This document shows, piece by piece, positions 24,231 to 32,155 of a stretch of DNA of 64,000 bases. The stretch is from the NCBI GenBank assembly GCA_964428725.1, contig CAYRYW010000009.1, forward strand, positions 468 through 64,467, in the 5' to 3' direction. The notes beneath the pieces were generated by a model that was not told the origin of the DNA, did no database searches, and worked only from the letters and a program-made list of their open reading frames with translations. The position numbers and the translations under genes are program-made. The number at the start of each line of letters is the position of its first letter. The first letter of the stretch is position 1. The stretch comes from an uncultured Dehalococcoidales bacterium (GTDB lineage: Bacteria; Chloroflexota; Dehalococcoidia; E44-bin15).

Positions 24231-24255
24231 CCGCCACCCAGGGATTCGAACCCTG
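24231..24255 (-). other. tRNA-like fragment (T arm + acceptor 3' strand), not a complete tRNA
   Basis: The minus strand reads CAGGG-TTCGAAT-CCCTG-GGTGGCG-G. No 5' acceptor strand, D arm or anticodon arm could be folded. Confidence 0.4.
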
Positions 24256-24357
24256 AGCTCCCGGCAACCTGCCTAGCGGATGGGGGGGACCCAATTGGGG
24301 AAGCGGGGAAAGGGACAAGCGCCCCCTTCCCTGCTCCCCTTGTGGGATCACCTCCTT

Positions 24358-24930
24358 CTACTCTTTGATTGTAAATGGCCCGTCTTCCCTGGCCAAGTCC
24401 ACCCCAAAACGCCCCTCGAAGTGCCTCCGAATGGTTGGCCACCGATCGTCCTCCAGGATGGCCTTGCAGACCGCTTCGCGCTGCTCGTCGTTCCAGGGCA
24501 TGTCCCCGACCACCAGGTCGAAGAGGAAGGCCTCCACTTGCCCCCGGCAGGGCTCGGGCAGCCCGCTCTCGATCACGATCTCCAGTTCGCCCAGGACGAG
24601 ATCGTGCCAGTTGCGGTGGGGGTCCAATGGATGCAAGCTGGCGGACAACGCGTCGATCTTGTCGCTGACGCTGAGCTGGCCGAAGGCGCAATCCGGGCAA
24701 ACCTCGATGCAATTGATCGCATCATCGACATCGCACTCGCCGTAGGACAGGAAGTCCACCCGGAGCGTGTCGGTCACCGCCTGGAGCGTGATCTCGAACT
24801 CCTCCCCGCACATTCTGCAGCGACCGGTGGGGGGGTCGTTCTTGATCTCCTGGACCCGTCCATTGAGAGCCGTCGCCACCGCCATGTTGATCCGTCCTTC
24901 CAAATTCCGGCTTCTAACGTTCCTATTCAC
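24358..24930 (-). CDS. hypothetical zinc-ribbon protein
   Basis: 190 codons. CRMCGEE..(40 aa)..CPDC. First gene after promoter cassette copy 3. Confidence 0.55.
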   Translation of the reverse strand: MNRNVRSRNLEGRINMAVATALNGRVQEIKNDPPTGRCRMCGEEFEITLQAVTDTLRVDFLSYGECDVDDAINCIEVCPDCAFGQLSVSDKIDALSASLHPLDPHRNWHDLVLGELEIVIESGLPEPCRGQVEAFLFDLVVGDMPWNDEQREAVCKAILEDDRWPTIRRHFEGRFGVDLAREDGPFTIKE

Positions 24931-25094
24931 TGTGTGCCTCCTCTTAAGGTTCGATCGTTCTCGATTCCGCCCGTTCCTTCACCCCCATTAAACCACATGG
25001 GAAGGCCCCGCGCAAATGTCGGATGTCATATGCTTGGGGTGACATTTGTCATATGCTTCCCGTCCGCCCCCGCGCGCCCCCGCGCGCCAGGGGG
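24931..25094 (-). promoter_or_regulatory. promoter/operator cassette, copy 3 (drives 24930->15357 block)
   Basis: Minus strand: -35 TTGCGC (25015-25010), 17-nt spacer, TGG-TTTAAT (-10 at 24992-24987). Inverted repeat ATGTCA-N11-TGACAT (25023-25045). A GC-rich tandem CCCCGCGCGC x2 lies at 25056-25077. Confidence 0.55.
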
Positions 25095-25703
25095 TCATCT
25101 AGGAAGGGGCGGGGGTTCCGGTGGGGGCGGACTCTTGGGGCCCTGGGGGAAGGATCGATCCCCCTCCCGGTTGGGCCTCGGTTGGGCCCCGGGTTTTGGC
25201 CTCTTGCCCAGAGCTGCAAGGATAGACTGCGCCCGTAGAAATTCCAGGGCGGCCATGCCCATCTCCCGCGCTTGCCATTGCGTAAAGGGGACGTTGATCA
25301 CGGTGGTTGGTTCCCCGGCGGGTTTGACGGCCCCTTGCCCGATGACCTTCCCAGGCCCGGATTCCAGGCGGACCCATACCTTCCCATCCTTTCCCGATCG
25401 AACCTTGAGCACCCTGCTGACCGGTTTCCCTTCTGGGCCTCGGGGACTGCCCTTGAATTCACAGTAGTCGATGGCGGCCTGGCCTGCAGACAGGTCGGAA
25501 AACAGAACCCTGGCGCTGTCCAGATCGATGAAGTGGGCGGCTGTCGCTTGGGCCCCCTCTCCCCGCTGGTATTTCCCAGCGAACACCCGGACTTTGTCGA
25601 TGTCGAGGGCATCCTCCAGGTGCAGAAATGCGCTCCTCGTCATAAACTGATAGAATTGCTCCCTCTGTGGGGCATTGCCGTTACCGTTTGTTCCGTTAGC
25701 CAT
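25095..25703 (-). CDS. hypothetical protein with Pro-rich basic tail
   Basis: 202-codon ORF with RBS GGAGGAAGG ATG. Confidence 0.5.
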   Translation of the reverse strand: MANGTNGNGNAPQREQFYQFMTRSAFLHLEDALDIDKVRVFAGKYQRGEGAQATAAHFIDLDSARVLFSDLSAGQAAIDYCEFKGSPRGPEGKPVSRVLKVRSGKDGKVWVRLESGPGKVIGQGAVKPAGEPTTVINVPFTQWQAREMGMAALEFLRAQSILAALGKRPKPGAQPRPNREGDRSFPQGPKSPPPPEPPPLPR

Positions 25704-25711
25704 CCTTCCTC

Positions 25712-25912
25712 CTATGCCTCCCCAATCTTAGGGAGTCTATAGATGATCAACCAATCTGTGACAGCCATCCCGCTCATTCTCGGATCAGCAAACCCCTTCA
25801 AGGGGGCTATGGTAGAAATCTCGAATCCGGAATCCAGCAAGATCTCCACTGTCTCCAGCAGCTTGGAGCGATCGGCCATGTACAGCATCTTTATACTCTG
25901 CTTGCGCGGCAT
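25712..25912 (-). CDS. hypothetical protein (66 aa)
   Basis: ATG at 25912 after a GGGGGAGGA RBS, 5 nt after the upstream stop. C-terminal part of track ORF 25712..26233. Confidence 0.4.
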   Translation of the reverse strand: MPRKQSIKMLYMADRSKLLETVEILLDSGFEISTIAPLKGFADPRMSGMAVTDWLIIYRLPKIGEA

Positions 25913-25916
25913 CGTC

Positions 25917-26339
25917 TTATCCTCCCCCTTCCGTCTGTGTGGCTTTGAGTTTGCCGTCTGGCATCCGGCCCAGCCAATAACCCCCTCTGTCCCAGCACCG
26001 GCATTCGGGCTCTGGTGGAAGGCAATCGGGGCTCTCCTCCCTCCACCCGCATTCCGGGCAAGCAACCGGATCTCCAGTGAAGTCATTGCTATCCCACACC
26101 TGCTGTCCACAGCGGGGGCAAATTCCCCGCTCCAAGCAATCGGGGCAGGGATCACAAAACACCAGCGAGCCCGATGACAGGCTGATGCCGGCCGGCGATG
26201 GGTCCTCTGTCCAGCACGTATTTCCCGCGCCACAGCAGGTTCTACAATAATTGGACCAAAGAGAGATATAGGCCCCCCTCCGGGCCAGATGCTCTTCGTG
26301 TGTCTGTTTACACCCTTCGGTATGCTCGAAATTCTCCAT
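25917..26339 (-). CDS. Cys-rich (multi zinc-ribbon) hypothetical protein
   Basis: ATG at 26339, 2 nt after the upstream stop. Contains many CxxC pairs (CRTCCG, CDPCPDC, CPRCG, CPECG). Confidence 0.5.
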   Translation of the reverse strand: MENFEHTEGCKQTHEEHLARRGAYISLWSNYCRTCCGAGNTCWTEDPSPAGISLSSGSLVFCDPCPDCLERGICPRCGQQVWDSNDFTGDPVACPECGWREESPDCLPPEPECRCWDRGGYWLGRMPDGKLKATQTEGGG

Positions 26340-26341
26340 CC

Positions 26342-26743
26342 TTATCCTTTCCCGACGGGGGTCCAATCCGGGTCTCGCTCGTTCATGAACTCGCGCATGG
26401 TGGTGATCATAACCCGGCCGTCCCCGGCAACAGCTAGCATAAAGTCTATGGGAAACCCAAACCCTGCATCAGTGGCGCTGAGCATTACCCTCGGCGGTTC
26501 TTTAGGTGGGGCCAATGGGTCCTCGATCTCGGAAAGCATGCCGGCCAAGTCCTCTCTTTCCACAACCAGCAGCCCACCCCCCTTCACCCCAGCAGCCATC
26601 ACGTCCGCAGGGGGAGCCACCAATAGGTTCCCTTCCGATACCAGGTTGTAAGCTACCGAGATGTCCTTCTGCACCAACCACCGCAGGAGGAGGTGCACTA
26701 GTCTGGCCCTGACAAGCAGGCAGGCCCGCCTAATCCTCTTCAT
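26342..26743 (-). CDS. hypothetical protein
   Basis: 133-codon ORF. Confidence 0.45.
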   Translation of the reverse strand: MKRIRRACLLVRARLVHLLLRWLVQKDISVAYNLVSEGNLLVAPPADVMAAGVKGGGLLVVEREDLAGMLSEIEDPLAPPKEPPRVMLSATDAGFGFPIDFMLAVAGDGRVMITTMREFMNERDPDWTPVGKG

Positions 26744-27278
26744 TGGGTTCCTCCTCGAACACGGCCGCCAGCACCCGGTCCCCCAGATCAGTGAGCTCCT
26801 CCATGATTGCGTCGAGTCGGCCCCACAGTCTCTCTGTATAATCGGCGTAGATCCAGATGCCCGTGTAGTTCTCCAGGACAGCCGGGGTTAGAATAAGCTT
26901 GGTCTTTCGATCGATGGATGTCGAGGGCACGTGGGGCCCATTTGACAGAGCAATCCAGGGCTCCTCTCCTAGGATATCTCTGGTCACCCAGCCCACTCCC
27001 TTGATATAGGAGAATTGCTTCCTACTATACATCAACGATGCGGAGCCGGCATAGCCTGCCACAGCAACCCGGATAGCGATCAGGCTTTGCCAATCCTTCT
27101 CTGACAGGGCAAGGGCCTCTTGGGCAGCACGGTTGGCCCTATTTATCACCGTGCACCCCTCGGCGTCCCTGATGGTCTTGCCGCAGTATTCGAGTTCGAA
27201 CTCCAGAGTCTCGTAGTCCAGCTTCAATTCTGCAGGGGTACCATCCACGAGCCCGATCTCTTTGACTTTTCTGGCCAT
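26730..27278 (-). CDS. hypothetical protein
   Basis: 182-codon ORF with RBS GGAGAGGAGATAGCCA ATG. Confidence 0.5.
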   Translation of the reverse strand: MARKVKEIGLVDGTPAELKLDYETLEFELEYCGKTIRDAEGCTVINRANRAAQEALALSEKDWQSLIAIRVAVAGYAGSASLMYSRKQFSYIKGVGWVTRDILGEEPWIALSNGPHVPSTSIDRKTKLILTPAVLENYTGIWIYADYTERLWGRLDAIMEELTDLGDRVLAAVFEEEPNEED

Positions 27279-27281
27279 TGG

Positions 27282-28133
27282 CTATCTCCTCTCCCATTGA
27301 ATGGCGAATATCTCCTCGGTCTCGAAGAACACTGCCCCCAGTTTGGTGAATCGGGCAGCATCCAGGTGTCTTCTCCCTGCACGGGCCCGATTGCCCTCGA
27401 TATTTTTGACGACATGCGCCTTGAGCACTGGCGTCCGTCTATCGCCCCCTCTGGTAGACATCATATGGACTGCCCGATTGAACACGGCAGAAGCCAATGG
27501 GCAATGCCCATATGGGTCTCCAGTTTTTCTGGCCTGTTCCCGCGTGATCCACACGTCCCCACAGACGATAACCAGGTATCCGCCCTCCTCCAGGTGATAG
27601 ACCACATTCCAGACGGCATCCTCCCACCTGCAAAGGAAGTTCTTGATGCCGTCCCCATTCTCTAGAGCGGATGGGTCCTCCGAGAATTGGATCGTGTTAT
27701 AGTAAGGCGGGTGCAACACGATCAGATCAAATTGGAAGGGATCGGCATCTTGGGGCATTGGGCATTCAAGGGAAGGGGTCAGATGGCTCTTTCCATCGAT
27801 GCTCAATTTGCGGGCCCAGGGCAGGGCCGTGGTGGCGTCCGCCTCGTAGATCTCCGGTAGCCGGGGGGAAATGTCGGACAGTAGGCAGTGCCGGCCCAAT
27901 TCGACGGCTTTCTGACCGGTGGTTCCTGAGCCGGCCATAGGATCCCAGACCCAATCCCCTGGTTTGGACCATCTGCGGAGGATGCCCTCGGCCACCTCCG
28001 GGATGAATGCCCCGTGAAAATCCAGGGCCCCGGCGCTTTCCCCTCGTTCTAGCAACCACAGGGATGACAACCACCCCCCCTCCAGCAAGTCCATCCATCC
28101 GCTTGATTCAGTCTGTATCATCATCCCCTCCAT
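27282..28133 (-). CDS. second DNA methyltransferase (motif I before motif IV)
   Basis: Motif I VWDPMAGSGTTG. Motif IV-like LIVLHPPYYN. The start ATG at 28133 is inferred because the upstream part of the track ORF (to 28415) is occupied by 28108..28557. Confidence 0.65.
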   Translation of the reverse strand: MEGMMIQTESSGWMDLLEGGWLSSLWLLERGESAGALDFHGAFIPEVAEGILRRWSKPGDWVWDPMAGSGTTGQKAVELGRHCLLSDISPRLPEIYEADATTALPWARKLSIDGKSHLTPSLECPMPQDADPFQFDLIVLHPPYYNTIQFSEDPSALENGDGIKNFLCRWEDAVWNVVYHLEEGGYLVIVCGDVWITREQARKTGDPYGHCPLASAVFNRAVHMMSTRGGDRRTPVLKAHVVKNIEGNRARAGRRHLDAARFTKLGAVFFETEEIFAIQWERR

Positions 28134-28557
28134 ATGGATATTTGTCTTCGTCCGCCCAGTCTGACTGCAACACCGGTTCCCCTCTTCGCCACCGGCAATA
28201 ACTACACTGACACTCGGCCTCCAGCCATGCCTCAACCTCTCCCCCATCCACTGGAGAGAACCAATGGGGGATGTCCCCAGCGCCATTGCAGGTCGGGCAG
28301 GGAGAATAGAGACAGTGGCATCCGGGCCATTCCCGATCCAGCCCTCGATATAGCTGGGGCAGGGGGGCATCCGCAGGAAGTTTGCAGCGCTCTCGATCCC
28401 AAACTTCCATCCCATAGGTGCTGCCGCAATGCTTGCAGGTATGCCGGCCCAGAGTCAGACACGAGTCCAATGCGGCCAGTCTCCCCTCCAGGCTGTCGAG
28501 CTCTTCTCTCAGCATTCCTTCCCTACGGTAGACATGGCCACAATCCAGATTAGGCAT
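28108..28557 (-). CDS. Cys-rich zinc-binding hypothetical protein
   Basis: ATG at 28557 after GGAGGGTG. Contains CKHCG, CPTCNG and CQCSYC motifs. Acidic C terminus. Confidence 0.5.
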   Translation of the reverse strand: MPNLDCGHVYRREGMLREELDSLEGRLAALDSCLTLGRHTCKHCGSTYGMEVWDRERCKLPADAPLPQLYRGLDREWPGCHCLYSPCPTCNGAGDIPHWFSPVDGGEVEAWLEAECQCSYCRWRRGEPVLQSDWADEDKYPYGGDDDTD

Positions 28558-28861
28558 CGTCACCCTCCTTTTCCCACACCACACGGCCGCGGCACCCATC
28601 CCATTCGATATCCCCCTCTGCCATAGCCCCGCCGGGGCCGAGTATGGTAATGCGATCAGGCCTGAATTCCAATGGGGGGGAAAATTGGATGGCGACCACT
28701 GCCCCCTCCGGGATTTCGTCAGACACGATTATTGGGTAACCCAGCGGGGTCTCCGTCTCCGGCAAAACGGGCTGGGGCCTATACTTCACACGGTCACGGT
28801 CTATCCCTCTCTCCAGAGCTAGGGCGATCTGCATTAGCTCGATGTTGTCGTTATCGTTCAC
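28550..28861 (-). CDS. hypothetical protein
   Basis: Frame of track ORF 28550..28915. The GTG at 28861 overlaps the upstream stop (GTGA). Confidence 0.4.
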   Translation of the reverse strand: MNDNDNIELMQIALALERGIDRDRVKYRPQPVLPETETPLGYPIIVSDEIPEGAVVAIQFSPPLEFRPDRITILGPGGAMAEGDIEWDGCRGRVVWEKEGDDA

Positions 28862-29280
28862 TGCAGATATGCCCCCGAGATATCCGCCGTGTCTGGGAGC
28901 ACAAACAAGCCCCACCCAGTGCAGCTCTCTCCCGGCTCGATGTAGGGGCTGCAGGTTTTGGCAAATCTGGCACGCCCAGGATGCCCGGCCCAGCCGGCAT
29001 ATTTGTCGGGATATAGCCGCCCTCCCACAGCCAATTTGGGGAGTGCGGCAGGGCAGCGGCGTTCTGTGTTACTGCAATAAATGTGCACTTGAACCCATAC
29101 GAGCTTCGACCCGCCCTGAGCGACCTTGGCCTTGCCGGCGGTATCAATGTAGCTGCGGCCCTCTTCGATGCCCGCGATGCTCAGCTCCACACCTTCCCTG
29201 GGTGTACTTTCACAGGCTGTTAGCGCCAAAAGGACGGCCAGTAGCGTTACTAATGCTGCACGTTTTCCCGAGTTCCTCAT
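28858..29280 (-). CDS. lipoprotein (DUF4352-like beta-sandwich?)
   Basis: Signal peptide plus lipobox MRNSGKRAALVTLLAVLLALTAC. 140 codons. Confidence 0.6.
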   Translation of the reverse strand: MRNSGKRAALVTLLAVLLALTACESTPREGVELSIAGIEEGRSYIDTAGKAKVAQGGSKLVWVQVHIYCSNTERRCPAALPKLAVGGRLYPDKYAGWAGHPGRARFAKTCSPYIEPGESCTGWGLFVLPDTADISGAYLQ

Positions 29281-29330
29281 TTGACTCCTCTCCTTCCGGC
29301 TCTTCGGCCGGGTGCTCGATCTCAGTTGTG

Positions 29331-29570
29331 CTATCCCCGATAGTGCCTTCCCGAATGCCGCATCACACAGAACAGCGGCTCAGCCTGTTTCTTCAGCAGT
29401 TTGTCCCCACTCCGTGCAACCCGTTCATCGCTCCAATCGGACGGCCCGATATAGGCTGCCCAATCGCCACCGTATCCGGCCACCGCTATGATCTTGACCG
29501 CAAAGGCGTCGTTGTCTTGCACATCACTGGGGGCTGTCGTAACGGGATTCCTGAATTTATATGTGGGCAT
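29331..29570 (-). CDS. hypothetical protein (79 aa)
   Basis: ATG at 29570 after an AGGAGGA RBS. C-terminal part of track ORF 29331..29792. Confidence 0.4.
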   Translation of the reverse strand: MPTYKFRNPVTTAPSDVQDNDAFAVKIIAVAGYGGDWAAYIGPSDWSDERVARSGDKLLKKQAEPLFCVMRHSGRHYRG

Positions 29571-29901
29571 CGCTATCCTCCTGGGGGCCCAGAACGACAC
29601 GGACCCATTTACTTCTGTTTTCTCGTATCCCCTGGATTTGATCAGGGTCCAGGTACCCGCACTTCCGGCACCACGGCCCCCCCGATGTCTCTTCGATGGG
29701 ATTCCCCGCACAGTGGGGGCATATGTCCGGCATGCTCTGGATTGCAACCCCGGAGTGCAGGGTTCCGCCCATTTGAAGCAGTCTCTCTGCAAGCCCCGGA
29801 TCGAATCCCTGTGTGGGCAGCAGAGTTTTCCCGAATTCTGCCAGCACGTCCTTGAGTAGCCTTGCGCTCTCCTCGACGAATTCAGCCCCTGTCATCATCA
29901 T
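29557..29901 (-). CDS. hypothetical zinc-ribbon protein
   Basis: Triple ATG at 29901-29893 after GAGGAGG. Contains CPHCAG..CRKCG. Confidence 0.45.
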   Translation of the reverse strand: MMMTGAEFVEESARLLKDVLAEFGKTLLPTQGFDPGLAERLLQMGGTLHSGVAIQSMPDICPHCAGNPIEETSGGPWCRKCGYLDPDQIQGIRENRSKWVRVVLGPQEDSDAHI

Positions 29902-30328
29902 CCTCCTCAGATGGGCCGGCCCCAGCGCGCTCCGCTTGCAGAATCTGGTGGATCTCTTCGCCCTTCCTCTTACATTCCTCCAGAAAGCTCGGCCTATCGT
30001 GCAGTACCAGCACAGCGACAAGATCCCCGGCCAACTCCCTGGCCGCTTCCGGACTGAACACGATCGCGCCGATGGGCCCCTCCTCGGGGGTAATCGCCAC
30101 ATTGTTCCCGTAGTGGCAAGTGATGATGTCTTCTTTGTCCAATTTGATGATTACAAGCATTGGTTCTTTTGCCTCCTCGTCTACAATTAGGGAGACCACC
30201 AGCAGCCCCCCTACCACGAAGAGCAGCAGGGCTGCCTCTGCGGGGCCGAATCTCTCCAGGATCCCCCCTACCAGAAACCCGGCAAGCACTAGGGCTATAC
30301 GAATAAAAATGTCCCAAGCTCTGCACAT
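29882..30328 (-). CDS. membrane protein (two N-terminal TM helices)
   Basis: ATG at 30328 after an AGAGGAG RBS. IFIRIALVLAGFLVGGIL and ALLLFVVGGLLVVSLIV are hydrophobic. Confidence 0.45.
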   Translation of the reverse strand: MCRAWDIFIRIALVLAGFLVGGILERFGPAEAALLLFVVGGLLVVSLIVDEEAKEPMLVIIKLDKEDIITCHYGNNVAITPEEGPIGAIVFSPEAARELAGDLVAVLVLHDRPSFLEECKRKGEEIHQILQAERAGAGPSEEDDDDRG

Positions 30329-30594
30329 AAGCGCTCCTCTGTATCCCACGCCTCGGCGGCCCGGATCCTGGCCCGGTCCAGACGCAATCGAGCATCGATG
30401 GCCCCTATCGGATCGTCCAAAATACGGGCATTCTCCACGGCCAACATCTCCTCGACAGTGCGGCCAGCAATGAACCGGGCATACTTGGCATCCAGCCGGC
30501 ACCGCTTGTCTATTTCCATAACAGTCTGGAGCTCTCCCCCATTTAGGCAGGGCTCGACCAGACGATCGACCCATTCCCTCAAACCGCCATTCAT
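30295..30594 (-). CDS. hypothetical protein (99 aa)
   Basis: The ATG at 30594 overlaps the stop of the upstream small ORF (ATGA). GGAGGGGG lies upstream. Confidence 0.4.
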   Translation of the reverse strand: MNGGLREWVDRLVEPCLNGGELQTVMEIDKRCRLDAKYARFIAGRTVEEMLAVENARILDDPIGAIDARLRLDRARIRAAEAWDTEERLCAELGTFLFV

Positions 30595-30707
30595 CTTAGC
30601 ATTCCCCCTCCAAATAACAACACAGCTAGGAGGCCCAGGGTGAGACCGGCCAGCACCACAAGTGCCAAGGGCCCGCAACCGCAACCAGAATAGCCCTGCT
30701 GTGCCAT
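30591..30707 (-). CDS. small membrane peptide (38 aa)
   Basis: Not in the track. Product is MAQQGYSGCGCGPLALVVLAGLTLGLLAVLLFGGGMLR. Coupled to both neighbours. Confidence 0.35.
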   Translation of the reverse strand: MAQQGYSGCGCGPLALVVLAGLTLGLLAVLLFGGGMLR

Positions 30708-30710
30708 ATC

Positions 30711-31070
30711 TCATAACCCCACTTCTGTTCCCGATTTAGCCGATGTGGGCTCTCCCACCAGCTCCCTCAAAGCACACCAAGGGCAGTTCATGCCAACGCA
30801 CACGCTACGCCCACAGACCGGGCAGGTCTGGATGCCCCCGCCTGGGTGCAGCATCTCTTTTATGGCCTCTTGAATTGCGGGGCAGTCGTCATCAGGCTCG
30901 GCCAGACAGATAAAGATGGTCTGTGTCCTCCTGGTGATCCGGCCGCTTTCCAGCTTTGTGATTTCACACCTGCAGAGATGCGGGCAGTTTTCGCAGGGCG
31001 GCATCCGGTCTGGGTCCGGCCCTCCCACATCGGTTGCCTCTGGGGGGCTCAGTGGCTGTGGCTTGCACAT
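30711..31070 (-). CDS. Cys-rich hypothetical protein
   Basis: 119 codons. Contains CENCPHLCRC, CPVCG and CPWC. Confidence 0.45.
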   Translation of the reverse strand: MCKPQPLSPPEATDVGGPDPDRMPPCENCPHLCRCEITKLESGRITRRTQTIFICLAEPDDDCPAIQEAIKEMLHPGGGIQTCPVCGRSVCVGMNCPWCALRELVGEPTSAKSGTEVGL

Positions 31071-31083
31071 TTATCCGCCCTCC

Positions 31084-31353
31084 TCAAATTGGGGCGTACT
31101 CCCGATCCACCTGTCCACCAGACACATCCTCCGATTTGGTGAATCCCCTGGAATTGGATTCCAGAACCTCGGCCCCATCCACCGACTCGAGGATAGCATC
31201 TTTGCACTCGCGGCACACGGGGATGGTGGCCTCATACCCATTGTCGTCGAAGAAATGGACAATGTGCTTGGCTACCCGCCCGCAAATCTTCTTGTTCCTA
31301 TAGTGCCGGCATCTCGCTTTTCGATGGGGACGTCTGCGCCCAATGGTATTCAT
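31084..31353 (-). CDS. small basic zinc-ribbon protein
   Basis: The ATG at 31353 overlaps the upstream stop (ATGA). Basic N terminus RRRPHRKARCRHYRNKKICG, then CRECK. Confidence 0.45.
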   Translation of the reverse strand: MNTIGRRRPHRKARCRHYRNKKICGRVAKHIVHFFDDNGYEATIPVCRECKDAILESVDGAEVLESNSRGFTKSEDVSGGQVDREYAPI

Positions 31354-31643
31354 ACGCACTTCCTATCTAGTTGTAGGGCCAGAGTGCTGGCCGTAATCAA
31401 AGCCACCCCGAGTTGGGCAGCCTCGTCCGCCGGCATCGGTCCAAAGGCATAGTAGTTGACTTCCGCCGGGGGCTGCTCCTTCCCGGCTATCGCTTCGGAG
31501 AGATTCTCCCGCTTGCGGACCCAGATGTGCTCCTTGAACCCTTCATCCTCGGGCTCCCGGTAGGCGTCGATCGAAATAAGGGTAATACGGAGGGAGCTCC
31601 CTTCCCTATCTGTGCCTAGGTTTTCGGTTTTTTGCACCTTCAT
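31350..31643 (-). CDS. hypothetical protein
   Basis: 97-codon ORF with RBS AGGAGGAGCACAG ATG. Confidence 0.45.
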   Translation of the reverse strand: MKVQKTENLGTDREGSSLRITLISIDAYREPEDEGFKEHIWVRKRENLSEAIAGKEQPPAEVNYYAFGPMPADEAAQLGVALITASTLALQLDRKCV

Positions 31644-31783
31644 CTGTGCTCCTCCTGGATGGTGTTCCTTTAGTCGTCGTCGTCGTCGCTTCCAAACATC
31701 GCCTCGTCGGCCGCGGCAATGGTCTCTTCGGCTGACTAGATCTCAGCCTGTAGCTCGTCATTTGTTGGTGGATCCGGCAGCAC

Positions 31784-32155
31784 CTATATCACCCCCTTTC
31801 CTAACCCCTCTTTGGATCGATCCTTCACCTGCAGGCACTTGTACAGAAGCTTGGGGATATCGTATCCCACCTCCTGTCCGCCGATGCGGAACCAGAGGGC
31901 ATACTCGTCTTTGGGATTCTTAAGTTTGGCGTAGCAGCCCCCGCGCTTGCGTCTGGAGAAATGCCTCACGCTGTGGCGTTTGTAGAGGATGTCATCAATG
32001 TGGCGATCAATGAATGCCCGCAAGGCCATGGTGCCTTCTGAGAAGACATAGAATCTGAGCAATGCCTTCTTCAGTTGGCCGGCCTGACGGGCACTCAGTA
32101 CATCCAGATCCAGCAGGGCGTCCAGGCCCCTAGGTGTTCCGTTGGGATCACTCAC
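31784..32155 (-). CDS. hypothetical protein
   Basis: 123-codon ORF. The start overlaps the upstream stop. Confidence 0.45.
   Translation of the reverse strand: MSDPNGTPRGLDALLDLDVLSARQAGQLKKALLRFYVFSEGTMALRAFIDRHIDDILYKRHSVRHFSRRKRGGCYAKLKNPKDEYALWFRIGGQEVGYDIPKLLYKCLQVKDRSKEGLGKGVI

Noticed and set aside
24231-24306. A complete tRNA gene on the minus strand.
   Set aside because: The T arm and acceptor 3' strand are canonical, but no complementary 5' acceptor strand, D arm or anticodon stem-loop (with U33) could be folded. Kept only as a tRNA-like fragment.
23993-24712. 239-codon minus-strand ORF.
   Set aside because: Its upstream two-thirds overlaps the better zinc-ribbon gene 24358..24930 and crosses the tRNA-like/hairpin gap. 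Only the last 64 codons, which have their own RBS and ATG-ATG, are kept as a weak CDS.
25056-25077. Tandem CCCCGCGCGC x2 after the stop of 25095..25703, as an intrinsic terminator.
   Set aside because: It can form GC hairpins but has no U tract and lies inside the conserved promoter cassette region. Function could not be separated from the cassette.
31673-31687. (GTC)5 microsatellite in the 140-bp gap inside the earliest operon; possible DDDDD-ending peptide.
   Set aside because: The only in-frame start gives a 9-codon peptide. There is no RBS, and no promoter or terminator features are recognisable. Probably trivial.
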